This document shows positions 19,134-27,819 of a stretch of DNA of 42,512 bases, in pieces. Each line of letters begins with the position of its first letter. Position 1 is the stretch's first letter. Both the position numbers and the translations under genes were made by a program. Source of the stretch: an uncultured Bryobacterales bacterium (lineage in GTDB: Bacteria > Acidobacteriota > Terriglobia > Bryobacterales > UBA6623); NCBI GenBank assembly GCA_964405625.1, contig CAYOPA010000001.1, positions 235 to 42,746 on the forward strand, given 5' to 3'. A model generated the notes under the pieces. That model was not told the DNA's origin. It saw only the letters and a list, made by a program, of their open reading frames with translations, and made no database searches.

Positions 19134-19658
19134 CTAACGGCGTCCGACAATGGCGCCAACGATCATCCATGCCGAGAAGTCGTACAGAATGGTCCAGACC
19201 TTCCACTCCAGCGCTACGCTCCACCACACCACGTCGCCCAAATGGATCGCCAGCGACGCGGCCGCCGCCAACAGCGCGACCGACTTCATGCGCTGCTGAA
19301 ACGATCCGGAAAACCGCGCTTCGACTAAAGCGATAAGGCCCGCGGTCAGTACGCACAGCCCGAATCCGACGGCAAAGATCGACGGGTCCATCATCGGTCG
19401 ACCCTTAACGGAAGAAACATGAATTATTGCGACCGGGCCGCGCTCATACAGCGCCGCCATCTCGGCCTCGTCGTGATTGCGTCCCGGAACGTGGTACACG
19501 CCCCGTTCGGGAAAGATTTCACGCAGTGCGGCCTGAGCGGCGGCATCGTCAGCCTGCCGCCAGCTCTGATATGGCAGAGGACTCACGCCCCAGAACAGGA
19601 ATCCCCAAAAAAAAGCCGCGATGGCGGCGAGGACGATGCGAGCGGCCGGTCGTGTCAT
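19134..19658 (-). CDS. hypothetical integral membrane protein
   Basis: 174 aa with four hydrophobic helices (IVLAAIAAFFWGFLFWGV, IFAVGFGLCVLTAGLIALV, SVALLAAAASLAIHLG, ILYDFSAWMIVGAIVG). Codon bias is good. No family recognised. Confidence 0.6.
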   Translation of the reverse strand: MTRPAARIVLAAIAAFFWGFLFWGVSPLPYQSWRQADDAAAQAALREIFPERGVYHVPGRNHDEAEMAALYERGPVAIIHVSSVKGRPMMDPSIFAVGFGLCVLTAGLIALVEARFSGSFQQRMKSVALLAAAASLAIHLGDVVWWSVALEWKVWTILYDFSAWMIVGAIVGRR

Positions 19659-19779
19659 GCGCTATCTCCTGGCGATTCAACGCAAGCGTATCGCCAGCGA
19701 CAAACCGTGTCAACTGCGAGCGGCGGCGCTTCTCTCGGCCCACCCGGAGCCGGTCGATTGAAGCGTCCATCCGTCCGCT

Positions 19780-20169
19780 ATGATGGCGAGTGCAATGTTC
19801 GAGCTCATTCGCCTGCACCACGTCTCGTTCGCCGTCCGAGATATCAACGCCTCGAAGCGCTTTTTCGGCGAGGTCCTGGGTCTGCCCGAGCTCGAGCGGC
19901 CGAACTTCAACTTCCCCGGGGCGTGGTACGCGCTCAAGGACCGTCAGCTCCATCTGATCGAGAGCCCGCTGGCCAATCGGGTGGTGGAAGGACGCATCAG
20001 CCGCGCCGACCACATCGCGTTGGAGGTGAAAGATCTGGAGCCGGTGAGGGCGCTCTTGCGCGAGCACGGCGTCGAGCTCGCCAATGGCGAGAACGACGCG
20101 CTAGGCTTCCAGCAGGTTTTCTGCCGCGACCCCGACGGCCACACGATTGAGTTTGTGAAGTACTCCTGA
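19780..20169 (+). CDS. VOC-family (glyoxalase/bleomycin resistance/dioxygenase) protein
   Basis: LHHVSFAVRDINASKRFFGEVLGL...HIALEV.DL...GFQQVFCRDPDGHTIEF is the classic paired beta-alpha-beta-beta-beta VOC pattern, with His/Glu metal-ligand positions. Confidence 0.8.
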   Translation: MMASAMFELIRLHHVSFAVRDINASKRFFGEVLGLPELERPNFNFPGAWYALKDRQLHLIESPLANRVVEGRISRADHIALEVKDLEPVRALLREHGVELANGENDALGFQQVFCRDPDGHTIEFVKYS

Positions 20170-20175
20170 GGCTAT

Positions 20176-21270
20176 TCAGCCCAGCGCCCGCTCCAGCATG
20201 GGGTAGGCCAGCGCGCCGCTCCATTGGTGGCCGCCGTCAAAATCGTCGCGTTGCAGCTTGTCTGCCGCTCCCAGCGACTCATAAACCCGGCTGATCCGCT
20301 CCCAGGCCGGACCGACCCATTCCTTGACCATGAGGCCGTCTCGCGAGCCGACCTCCCACACCGCTGGGCGCGGCGCGATCAGGCCGCCAATTTCCGGTAC
20401 GTCGCCGTACTGCAGCAGTCCCGGAATCACTTGCGCGCCGCAACTGTAGCGGCCCATCGCCCGCTCCTGCATCACGTTGAGCGCTCCGGAAGGGACCGCC
20501 GCTACGATGCGGGGCTCCAGCGCCGCCGTTAGCATCGTCATGCGGCCGCCATAAGACAGCCCCACGCAGGCGATACGCTCTGGATCAACCCGCGGCGTCT
20601 GCCGCAACAGCTCAAAGGACCACAGAGCGTCGCGCAGGTTCTCGCCGATCAGGGTCCGTCCCAACAATTGCAGCCGCACAAAGCTGACCGCGCAAGCGTC
20701 GCTGCCATAGGCTTCCTTGGAGTCCAGGCGGCGGCCGAAGGGCTGGAAGCATGGCGTTGCGACCACATAGCCCCGCTTGGCCAGTTGGCGGCCGTAGTCG
20801 TAGTTGAACTTGGAGATGTCGTCTTGCCGCTCGGGGGAATCGTCGATGCCGGCGACGGCGTCATGACCAAACGGACCGTGCCCATGTAGCGCCAGCACGG
20901 CCGGAAGTTTCGTGGAAGAGGGGCCTTTGGGCAGCAGCAGGTGGACCGGCAGCGTGGGATGGCCGTCGGCTTCCAGCAGCAGCGAACGCCGCACGTGGTT
21001 GCCCTGGTCGGATTCGTCCTCAACCGTCGTGCGCCACTCCGCCGGGGGCTGGTGCGGGCCGACGAGCTCGCTCAGCTTGGCGCGGAAGCGTCCCTGCCAG
21101 GCTCGGCACTCCTCGGCGCTCCCACCGGGGAAGCGCATCGCCAAAGGGGCTTCGGAGATTGCCTTTTGGAGCTCTCGGTGGACGTGAATCTCGCGTTGTT
21201 GGGCGCCAAGCGCGCAGGCCCCGCCCATGCCGGCGAGGCCCTGTAAAAATAATCGTCTCGGCAGGCTCAT
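20176..21270 (-). CDS. alpha/beta hydrolase (dienelactone hydrolase / acetyl-xylan-esterase-like) with Tat signal
   Basis: Tat-like N-terminus MSLPRRLFLQGLAGMGGACALGA. Nucleophile elbow VGLSYGG. Oxyanion region LALHGHG. C-terminal His context DGGHQW. Confidence 0.75.
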   Translation of the reverse strand: MSLPRRLFLQGLAGMGGACALGAQQREIHVHRELQKAISEAPLAMRFPGGSAEECRAWQGRFRAKLSELVGPHQPPAEWRTTVEDESDQGNHVRRSLLLEADGHPTLPVHLLLPKGPSSTKLPAVLALHGHGPFGHDAVAGIDDSPERQDDISKFNYDYGRQLAKRGYVVATPCFQPFGRRLDSKEAYGSDACAVSFVRLQLLGRTLIGENLRDALWSFELLRQTPRVDPERIACVGLSYGGRMTMLTAALEPRIVAAVPSGALNVMQERAMGRYSCGAQVIPGLLQYGDVPEIGGLIAPRPAVWEVGSRDGLMVKEWVGPAWERISRVYESLGAADKLQRDDFDGGHQWSGALAYPMLERALG

Positions 21271-21304
21271 TTCGAGCCCAGTCTACCAGCGCCTACCGCC
21301 GTAT

Positions 21305-22021
21305 CTACAGCGGGCGAATGTTGCGGTGGATGGCGTAGAGCGCCAGCTCCAGCCGGTCGCTGACGCCGAGCTTGTCAAAGACGTTATGCAGATGGTTCTT
21401 GACCGTCTGCTCGGAGATGAACATCCTCTCGGCGATCTCTTTGTTCTTGAATCCCTGGGCGACTAGAGCGACGATCTCGCGCTCGCGGTTGGACAGGCGA
21501 GGCTTGTCGCGGTCGCGAGGGCTGGGATCGCTGGGCGAGGCGAACTGCTGCATCACCGCCTTCGTCGTCTTGGAGTCCAGCCAGATTTCACCGCCGTGGA
21601 CTTTGCGGATGCTCTTGATGAGAAGGTCGGTGGCTGTCTGTTTCAGCACAATTCCAGAGGTGCCGTACTTCATCGCCTGCACGTACTCACCCTCATCGTC
21701 GGAGGCTGTCAGCACGATGATCTTCGTCTTGAACTTCTGATTTTGCAGCCGCTGAAGCAGCGACAGCCCGTCCAAGTTTGGCATCTTCAGGTCGAGCAGG
21801 AGTACGTCGGGCTCCAGGTCCCGCAAAATGTCTGGTACTTGAGTACCATCCTGGGCCTCGGCTACGATCTGGAAATCCGGCTCCAGTTGCAGTAGCCGGC
21901 GCAGGCCGTCGCGGAAAATGGCATGGTCGTCGGCGAGCGCGATGCTGATCATACGCGTGTCGCCTGGCGCGATCGCGCGGTCCGGGGCATCGGCTGTCGT
22001 GGGGCTGGTTTGGGCGCTCAT
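21305..22021 (-). CDS. NarL/FixJ (LuxR-type) response regulator
   Basis: Receiver domain ISIALADDHAIFRDGLRRLL...DVLLLDLKMPNLDG...IIVLTAS. LuxR HTH: LSNREREIVALVAQGFKNKEIAERMFISEQTVKNHLHNVFDKLGVSDRLELALYA. The start is uncertain: ATG 22021, ATG 21952, or the listed TTG 22060. No histidine kinase is adjacent. Confidence 0.85.
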   Translation of the reverse strand: MSAQTSPTTADAPDRAIAPGDTRMISIALADDHAIFRDGLRRLLQLEPDFQIVAEAQDGTQVPDILRDLEPDVLLLDLKMPNLDGLSLLQRLQNQKFKTKIIVLTASDDEGEYVQAMKYGTSGIVLKQTATDLLIKSIRKVHGGEIWLDSKTTKAVMQQFASPSDPSPRDRDKPRLSNREREIVALVAQGFKNKEIAERMFISEQTVKNHLHNVFDKLGVSDRLELALYAIHRNIRPL

Positions 22022-22065
22022 GAAGAACAACGTAAGGGCGCAACGACGGCCCTTAGACAACGTTT

Positions 22066-22094
22066 ATTCTAAAGTCCTATAAGTACTGTGTCAA
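22066..22094 (-). promoter_or_regulatory. candidate sigma70-type promoter for the LuxR-type regulator
   Basis: On the minus strand: TTGACA (22094-22089), a 17-nt spacer, then TAGAAT (22071-22066). It lies in the only AT-rich patch of this intergenic region. It is a near-consensus match by eye. Promoter rules for this phylum are assumed, not known. Confidence 0.45.
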
Positions 22095-22194
22095 TCAATT
22101 AAAGGGCTTAGGCGTCCACCCAAGGTCTCGGCTGACGCCCAGCCGGAGCGGCTCTCGACAGAATGGATTCGGCGGTGCTACGGTAGAAGATTGC

Positions 22195-22271
22195 AGGCCC
22201 GTAGCTCAGTTGGTTAGAGCGCTACCTTGACACGGTAGAGGTCAGCGGTTCGAGCCCGCTCGGGCCTACCA
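22195..22271 (+). tRNA. tRNA-Val(GAC): tRNA-Val (anticodon GAC)
   Basis: The cloverleaf folds by hand: acceptor AGGCCCG/CGGGCCT, D arm GCTC-AGTTGGTTA-GAGC, anticodon arm CTACC-TTGACAC-GGTAG, variable AGGTC, T arm AGCGG-TTCGAGC-CCGCT, discriminator A, encoded CCA. 77 nt. Confidence 0.93.
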
Positions 22272-22346
22272 TCCCCTCCCACGGTTTTCCGGATAGCTCT
22301 CTGGCCCGATTTCTCGGCGGAGTTGTGCGCCCTGCCGCGCCGCTCG

Positions 22347-22375
22347 TTCAAAAAGGCCCGCGGCTTGGCGATAAT
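22347..22375 (+). promoter_or_regulatory. candidate promoter of the USP gene, positioned for a leaderless or near-leaderless mRNA
   Basis: TTCAAA (22347-22352), a 17-nt spacer, then GATAAT (22370-22375). The ATG at 22382 begins 7 nt after the -10 hexamer. Confidence 0.4.
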
Positions 22376-22381
22376 GGGGGT

Positions 22382-23263
22382 ATGAAGCGGATTTGTGTCG
22401 CCACGGACTTTTCCCCAGGAGCCGATGCCGCCGTGCAGCGGGCCGTTCAGATGGCCAACGAGCACCAGGCCGAGCTGAAACTGTTGCACGCCCTCGGCGA
22501 GCCCGGCCTGGAGGTTGTGCGAATGATGCTGGGCGAAAAGGCCTCGGCTCTGACTGACGGGCTACAACGCAGCGCCGAGGAGCAACTTCGGGCCGTCGCC
22601 GCAGGGATTGAGCGCCCGGTTGAGACGAAGGTCGTTTCGGGAAGGCCTTCGAAGGTGCTTTCCGCCGAGCTCGCCGAAGGCGGCGATGACGTGATCGTCA
22701 TTGGAGCCAACGGGGAGCGGCCGATGCGCGGCTTGTGGCTCGGCAGCACCGCCGAACGGGTGATGTATCGCGCCCAACGTCCGGCTTTGGCTGTCAAGAA
22801 CCAACCGCAGGGCAATTACCGACGCGTTCTGGTTCCGGTTGACCTTTCGCCGTACTCGGCTCCGGCCATCAAGCTGGCCATGAACATGTGTCCCCACGCG
22901 GAAATCGTGGCGCTGCACGCCTACCACGTGCCCTTCGAAGGTAAGCTGCGCCTTTCTGGGGCCACCGAGGACGGGATCGAAGGATTCCGCGAGCATCAAC
23001 GCACCCAAGCGGAAGGAGAAATGGAGAACCTGTTGGAGAGCCTTGGCCGTCCCGAGCGAGTCCGCGCCAGCTTGATCCACGGCGACGCTTCGGCGGTCAT
23101 CCTGGAGCAGGAACAGGCGCTGGAGGCGGACCTGATCGTGGTCGGTCGCCAGGGCCGTTCCACTCTGGGCGAAATCCTGCTCGGCGGCGCGACTCGGCGC
23201 ATATTGGCCGATTCCAAGGCCGACGTGCTGGTGTCGGTGGTGGCGGAGTCCGACGAAAAGTAG
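22382..23263 (+). CDS. tandem-domain universal stress protein (UspA family)
   Basis: Two Usp modules. The first reads KRICVATDFSPGADAAVQRA...VIVIGANGERPMRGLWLGSTAERVM. The second reads RRVLVPVDLSPYSAPAIKLA...LIVVGRQGRSTLGEILLGGATRRIL, with the G-2x-G-9x-G(S/T) ATP-type motif. I trimmed the start to ATG 22382. Confidence 0.85.
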   Translation: MKRICVATDFSPGADAAVQRAVQMANEHQAELKLLHALGEPGLEVVRMMLGEKASALTDGLQRSAEEQLRAVAAGIERPVETKVVSGRPSKVLSAELAEGGDDVIVIGANGERPMRGLWLGSTAERVMYRAQRPALAVKNQPQGNYRRVLVPVDLSPYSAPAIKLAMNMCPHAEIVALHAYHVPFEGKLRLSGATEDGIEGFREHQRTQAEGEMENLLESLGRPERVRASLIHGDASAVILEQEQALEADLIVVGRQGRSTLGEILLGGATRRILADSKADVLVSVVAESDEK

Positions 23264-23279
23264 GCCCGGCGGGCGGCGG

Positions 23280-24458
23280 CTAAACGGCTTCGCTGTAGAT
23301 CGTTTCCGCCGCCTCGCAGGCGCCCCGCTCGCCGCGGTGTCCCAGCGCGTGCAGCGAGCTTTCCAGAGCCTGCAACAGCAGCAGCACGTTGTTGCGGGTG
23401 GCCGAGGCGCCCATCAGCCCCACCCGCAGGATCTTCCCGGCCAGCGGGCCGAAGCCGCCCAGCACCTCGATGCCGTAGTTGTGCAACAGGCGGTTCCGCA
23501 ACTCGCTCTCGTTGACGCCTTCGGGCAGAACGGGCGTGTTGATCGTCCACAGGCGGTGGTCCGGCGCCACGTGCATCTTCAGGCCCAGCGCTTCACATCC
23601 CGCCACGAAAGCGCGGTGGTTCAGCTTGTGCCGGTCATAACGCGCCTGCAAGCCCTCCTCGTCGATCAACCGCAGGGCCTCGCGCAGCGCGTAGAACATG
23701 CTGATGGGCGTGGTGTGGTGGTAGCGGTGCGAGGCGCCCCAGTACTCGTCGATCAGCTTCAAATCCAGGTACCAAGACACGCATCTGGACTTGCGCGCTC
23801 GCAGCTTGTCCAGCGCGCGCGGCGACAGCGTGATGGGAGCGAGCCCCGGAGGCGCCGACAGGCACTTTTGCGTGCCGGAGTAGGCGATGTCAATGCCGTT
23901 GACGTCCACGTGGATCGGCATGCCGCCCAGCGACGTCACACAGTCGGCGATGACCAGTGCGCCGACTTGATGCGCCGCCGCGCAGATGGCCCTGGGCGAT
24001 TGCAGGGCGCCGGTTGAGGTCTCGGCGTGGACAAAGGCGACGATCTCGGGCTTTTCGCGCTCGATGAAGGCCCGCGCCTCCTCGTCGCCGCAGACCTCGC
24101 CCCAAGGTTTTTCCAGCTTGACGACGTCGGCGCCCTGCCGTTCGCACATGTCGATCAGCCGGTCGGAAAAATAGCCGTTGTTGAAGACGGCGATCTTCGT
24201 CCCCTTTTCGACGAAGTTGACAACGGCGGCTTCCATGCCGGCCGTGCCGGTGCCCGACAGAGCCAGCGTAAACTCGTTCTGCGTGCCGAAGGGGATGCGC
24301 AGCAGCGCCGCCACGTCCGTCAGCACGCCAAAGAAAGCAGGGTCCGTGTGACCGACAATCGAGGCAGCCATCGCCAGGTAGACCCGCGGGTCGACCATGG
24401 AGGGGCCAGGCCCCATCAGCAGACGGGCGGGCGGCTGAAAGAATCGATATTCCGACAT
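23280..24458 (-). CDS. class V aminotransferase (alanine-glyoxylate / serine-pyruvate aminotransferase family)
   Basis: N-terminus LLMGPGPSMVDPRV. PLP-lysine context YSGTQKCLSAPPGLAP. Family-typical HAETSTG and RVGLMG segments. Preferred start is ATG 24458 (MSEYRF...); the listed ATG 24491 adds 11 aa. Confidence 0.85.
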   Translation of the reverse strand: MSEYRFFQPPARLLMGPGPSMVDPRVYLAMAASIVGHTDPAFFGVLTDVAALLRIPFGTQNEFTLALSGTGTAGMEAAVVNFVEKGTKIAVFNNGYFSDRLIDMCERQGADVVKLEKPWGEVCGDEEARAFIEREKPEIVAFVHAETSTGALQSPRAICAAAHQVGALVIADCVTSLGGMPIHVDVNGIDIAYSGTQKCLSAPPGLAPITLSPRALDKLRARKSRCVSWYLDLKLIDEYWGASHRYHHTTPISMFYALREALRLIDEEGLQARYDRHKLNHRAFVAGCEALGLKMHVAPDHRLWTINTPVLPEGVNESELRNRLLHNYGIEVLGGFGPLAGKILRVGLMGASATRNNVLLLLQALESSLHALGHRGERGACEAAETIYSEAV

Positions 24459-24527
24459 GGGATGAGGAGGGCTGAACCGCCACCATAGCATAGGCGGCGA
24501 GGCCGAAAATTAGGGGGCGCGATCTTC

Positions 24528-25931
24528 CTAAAACTCGAATGTCTGGGTGGCGGTCTCGCCGGGCTTGATGTCGAACGTCATGGTCTTTTCCGCCGCGCCG
24601 GGCAGGCGTACGGCGCGAACCTTGACGGTGTAACTGCCTGGCAACAACTCGAAGGATCGCGGGTTGGTGTTCTCGGCGGCGTACGTGCGTGCGCCGGCAA
24701 TATTCGCTCCGTCGGCGCTCGACACTTGGACGGCGGCGTCGATGAGAGCTGAGCCTTGGACGGCGCCGATTTGCAGCGTCCCGGTTTGGACATTTGCTTC
24801 GAGGTCCGTCCGCTGCTGGGTGTTCACCTCAACGTTCTCAAAGAGCTCCGTGGGAGAGCCGGCCACTCTCAGGAAGGTCACTGTCACGTTGTATCGACCC
24901 GGCGGCACTCGGATAGCCCTTGGGTTCGTGGCTGCTCTCTCGTAGGTCCGTGCGCCGCCGATCTGGCGGGTCTCGCCGACCGGAACCACGGAGACGCCGG
25001 CGTCTTCAAGCGCTCCATTCCGGGTGGCTTTCACCGCGACCTCACCGCTGCTAAAGTTGGCGACCTTGTCGGTGACCTTGCCGGCTTCGAGCACCACGCC
25101 CTCCAGCCGCATCTCTTCCAAACCGCGAATCCGAACGGGAGTGACGAGCACGTCGTACGCGCCGGCCTTGAGGGGGAATCTTCTGGGATTGGAACTCTCG
25201 TTCTTATAGCTTCGACCGCTCGCCACGACTTCTCCGTTCCGCAGAACTTTGATGGCGCCGTCCTCCAAGTTCCCATCGGCGACGACCTGAACTGAGAGCG
25301 TGGCGTCGCCGACCGGACTCTCGGCGGTCATGGTCTGCTGGAGGGCGGCAGAGAGCGCGGCGGCGTCTTCGGCGGTAATATACAGCCCGCCGCCGGCTTG
25401 CGCGGCGCATTCCAGCGACGAGACGTCTTCCTTTGCCACATCAAAGCCCACAATGTGCAAGACAAATTGCTGGCCCGCCTGCTTGGCGGCGCGCACGGCG
25501 GCGCAGGGATCACCGCCGCAAGTCTCCAAGCCATCGGTTACCAGCACGATTGAAGCCGGAGCCCCGGCTTTCTTTGCTTCATGGGAGGCGTGCTCGAACG
25601 CCTTGGTAATCGGCGTCATACCGACGGCGTTGAGCTTGTCGACGCGATCGGCGACGGCGCCTAGATCGCTTGAACCAGCGGGGATGATGGATTCGATGTC
25701 GCTGCATTCGCCCTTCTGGCGGTGCCCGTAGGCGACGAGGCCGAGCTTGGAGCCGGCGGGCAGCTTGCCGACAATATCGCGGACCACCTTGCGGGCGGCC
25801 TCCACTTTGGTTTCCGATCCGACCTTGCCCCACATGGAACCGGAGGCGTCCAGGATAAGGACCAAGTTGTCGGCGGCGGAGGAAAGCGGCGCGCTCAGGC
25901 ACGCCAGAAGTATCAAATAACAAAAGCGCAT
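24528..25931 (-). CDS. secreted von Willebrand factor type A (vWA) protein with three C-terminal beta-repeat modules
   Basis: Signal peptide MRFCYLILLACLSAPLSSA. MIDAS motif LILDASGSMWG plus T (GMTPI) and D (LVTDGLETCGGD). Three approx. 85-aa repeats follow, sharing G.R(S/T)Y......NPR....(L/V).(P/A)G.Y.V.V. Confidence 0.8.
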   Translation of the reverse strand: MRFCYLILLACLSAPLSSAADNLVLILDASGSMWGKVGSETKVEAARKVVRDIVGKLPAGSKLGLVAYGHRQKGECSDIESIIPAGSSDLGAVADRVDKLNAVGMTPITKAFEHASHEAKKAGAPASIVLVTDGLETCGGDPCAAVRAAKQAGQQFVLHIVGFDVAKEDVSSLECAAQAGGGLYITAEDAAALSAALQQTMTAESPVGDATLSVQVVADGNLEDGAIKVLRNGEVVASGRSYKNESSNPRRFPLKAGAYDVLVTPVRIRGLEEMRLEGVVLEAGKVTDKVANFSSGEVAVKATRNGALEDAGVSVVPVGETRQIGGARTYERAATNPRAIRVPPGRYNVTVTFLRVAGSPTELFENVEVNTQQRTDLEANVQTGTLQIGAVQGSALIDAAVQVSSADGANIAGARTYAAENTNPRSFELLPGSYTVKVRAVRLPGAAEKTMTFDIKPGETATQTFEF

Positions 25932-25954
25932 GGCGGTTGATAGATTAGCGCACC

Positions 25955-26053
25955 TTGTGGCGCACGGCTATGCCGTGCAGCGAGGCCTGCGGCCCCGCCT
26001 TTGTTTTCGCGCGAGACGGAGCCTCGCGTGCACGGCGCAGCCGTGCGTTACAA
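25955..26053. repeat. nested palindromic intergenic element, family A, copy 2
   Basis: TTGTGGCGCACGGCTATGCCGTGCA (25955-25979) and TGCACGGCGCAGCCGTGCGTTACAA (26029-26053). It has the same arm sequence and the same 99-nt four-hairpin layout as copy 1. The right arm overlaps the last two codons and the TAA of the GMC gene. Confidence 0.75.
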
Positions 26054-27736
26054 ATCCCCGCGCTTGGCCTGATCGAGGATATATTCCGAGGTTTCCAACG
26101 CCATAGCCATCATCGTCAATGTTGGGTTCTGGCACGGCGCGGATGGAAACGAAGCTCCGTCGGTGACAAAAATGTTCTTCACATCGTGAGCCTGACGGTA
26201 GCGGTTCACCACGGATTTCTTAGGGTCATTCCCCATTCGCGCGGTTCCCAGCTCGTGGGTGGCGCCGCCGGGCCAGCGCGGCTCGCCCTGCCGTGTGACC
26301 TCCTTGGCTCCGGCCGCGTGCAGCATCTCCTCGCATTTGTCGAGCATGTGTTTATACAGCTTCATCTCGTTGTCGCCCCACGAGGCGTGGATGTGCAGCG
26401 CGGGAATGCCCCAGGCGTCCTTGACGCCCGGGTCGAGCCGGACGAAGTTGTCGTATTGCGGCAGGCATTCGGCGTAGCCGGTCAGGCGGAAGGTCCAGCA
26501 GTCGTCGCGCTCGGCGACCGCTTTCTTGAAGGTCCGGCCAAATCCGGGCACGCTGGCGATGGCGCCGGGCGAATCGTAGCTGGACCCATGCGAGCCCTGC
26601 AAACCGTAACCGCGCAGGATGCCGTCGGTCATCGGGCGATCCAGGTTCAGGAAGCGCGGGACGTAAATGCCGCCCGGCCGGCGCGGCGGCCCGGACCACT
26701 TGTGCTGCTCCTTCACCGGGATCACGCCGCCGGTAGCACCGGCGATGTGGTCCATCAGGTAGTGGCCCAAGGCGCCCGAAGAGTTGCAAAACCCCTCGCC
26801 TGAGTTGAGCAGCAGGCGCGTGGATTCCAGCGTTGAGGCGCACACGATCACGACCTTGCCCGAAGCTTCACGCGCCGCCCGGGTCGCTGTGTCGATATAG
26901 GCGACGCCGTTGGCCAGTCCGGTATTTGGGTCAGTGGTGATGTGAGAGCAGACCGCGTCGGTCTGAATGGTGCAATTGCCGGACTCTTGGGCGTCGACCA
27001 GCGTGGTCCAGAGGCTGGAGAAGTAGGAATGCGTCACGCAGCCCTGCTCGCACGGGCCGCAGTAATGACAGGCCGAGCGGCCGTTGTGGTCGCGGGTGAT
27101 GATCGCCGGTCGTCCTACAGTGACGGGCAGGCCGAGCTTGGACTCGACGGCCTTCTCAAAGTACTTCTCGCCGCAGTTCATCGCCATCGGCGGCAGGAAT
27201 TCGCCGTCAGGGATCTGCGACAGCCCTTCGGCCATGCCGCTGATGCCGACGTAGCGCTCGACGCGTTTGTAGTAGGGCTCGATGTCGTCGTAGCTGAAGG
27301 GCCAGTCCTCGCCGTAGCCGTCATGGCTGGCCGGCTTGAAGTCCAGCGGACTGAGCCGCCAGCTCAGCCGGCCCCAGGTGAGCGTACGGCCGCCCAAGAT
27401 ACGCCCGCGCGTCCATTGGAAGGGTTTGCCCTTGGGAGTGGTGTAGGGGTTGGCGATGTCGTCGACGAACCACTCGTAGTTGGACTCGCGGCAGGCGTAC
27501 TTCATCGCCTGGATGGGCCGGTTGCGCGCGATCTCGGGTGAGGCGCCGCGGTACTTGAGATCAAACGGCTGGACGTGCTCGGTAAAGTCGCGCTCGGTCA
27601 CGCGCGGGCCGGCTTCGAGCACCAGCGTCTTCATGCCGGCCTCGCTCAGAGTCTTGGCGACCCAGCCGCCGGTGGCGCCGGAGCCGATGATAATGGCGTC
27701 GTAAGTCATGGTTGGGCTCGAGTCCCTGAGGGGCAT
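26048..27736 (-). CDS. GMC-family FAD-dependent oxidoreductase
   Basis: N-terminal FAD fold YDAIIIGSGATGGWVAKTLSEAGMKTLVLEAG. Length 562 aa. C-terminal GMC-type segment HELGTARMG...NIFVTDGASFPS. Alternative start ATG 27709. Confidence 0.85.
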   Translation of the reverse strand: MPLRDSSPTMTYDAIIIGSGATGGWVAKTLSEAGMKTLVLEAGPRVTERDFTEHVQPFDLKYRGASPEIARNRPIQAMKYACRESNYEWFVDDIANPYTTPKGKPFQWTRGRILGGRTLTWGRLSWRLSPLDFKPASHDGYGEDWPFSYDDIEPYYKRVERYVGISGMAEGLSQIPDGEFLPPMAMNCGEKYFEKAVESKLGLPVTVGRPAIITRDHNGRSACHYCGPCEQGCVTHSYFSSLWTTLVDAQESGNCTIQTDAVCSHITTDPNTGLANGVAYIDTATRAAREASGKVVIVCASTLESTRLLLNSGEGFCNSSGALGHYLMDHIAGATGGVIPVKEQHKWSGPPRRPGGIYVPRFLNLDRPMTDGILRGYGLQGSHGSSYDSPGAIASVPGFGRTFKKAVAERDDCWTFRLTGYAECLPQYDNFVRLDPGVKDAWGIPALHIHASWGDNEMKLYKHMLDKCEEMLHAAGAKEVTRQGEPRWPGGATHELGTARMGNDPKKSVVNRYRQAHDVKNIFVTDGASFPSAPCQNPTLTMMAMALETSEYILDQAKRGDL

Positions 27737-27799
27737 TGTCGCGCACGAGGCAGCCCGGCCACGGGGAACATAAAAAAAGCGGGTTTCCGGCCGAGGCGC

Positions 27800-27805
27800 T
27801 ATAAT
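27800..27805 (+). promoter_or_regulatory. consensus -10 hexamer upstream of the PSCyt gene
   Basis: A perfect TATAAT lies 14 nt upstream of ATG 27820, inside the 83-nt divergent intergenic region. I found no convincing -35. Confidence 0.3.
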
Positions 27806-27819
27806 GCTGTCGGAATCCC

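Noticed and set aside
22214-22489. 91-aa minus-strand ORF
   Set aside because: It overlaps tRNA-Val and the USP promoter and start region. It has no coding signature.
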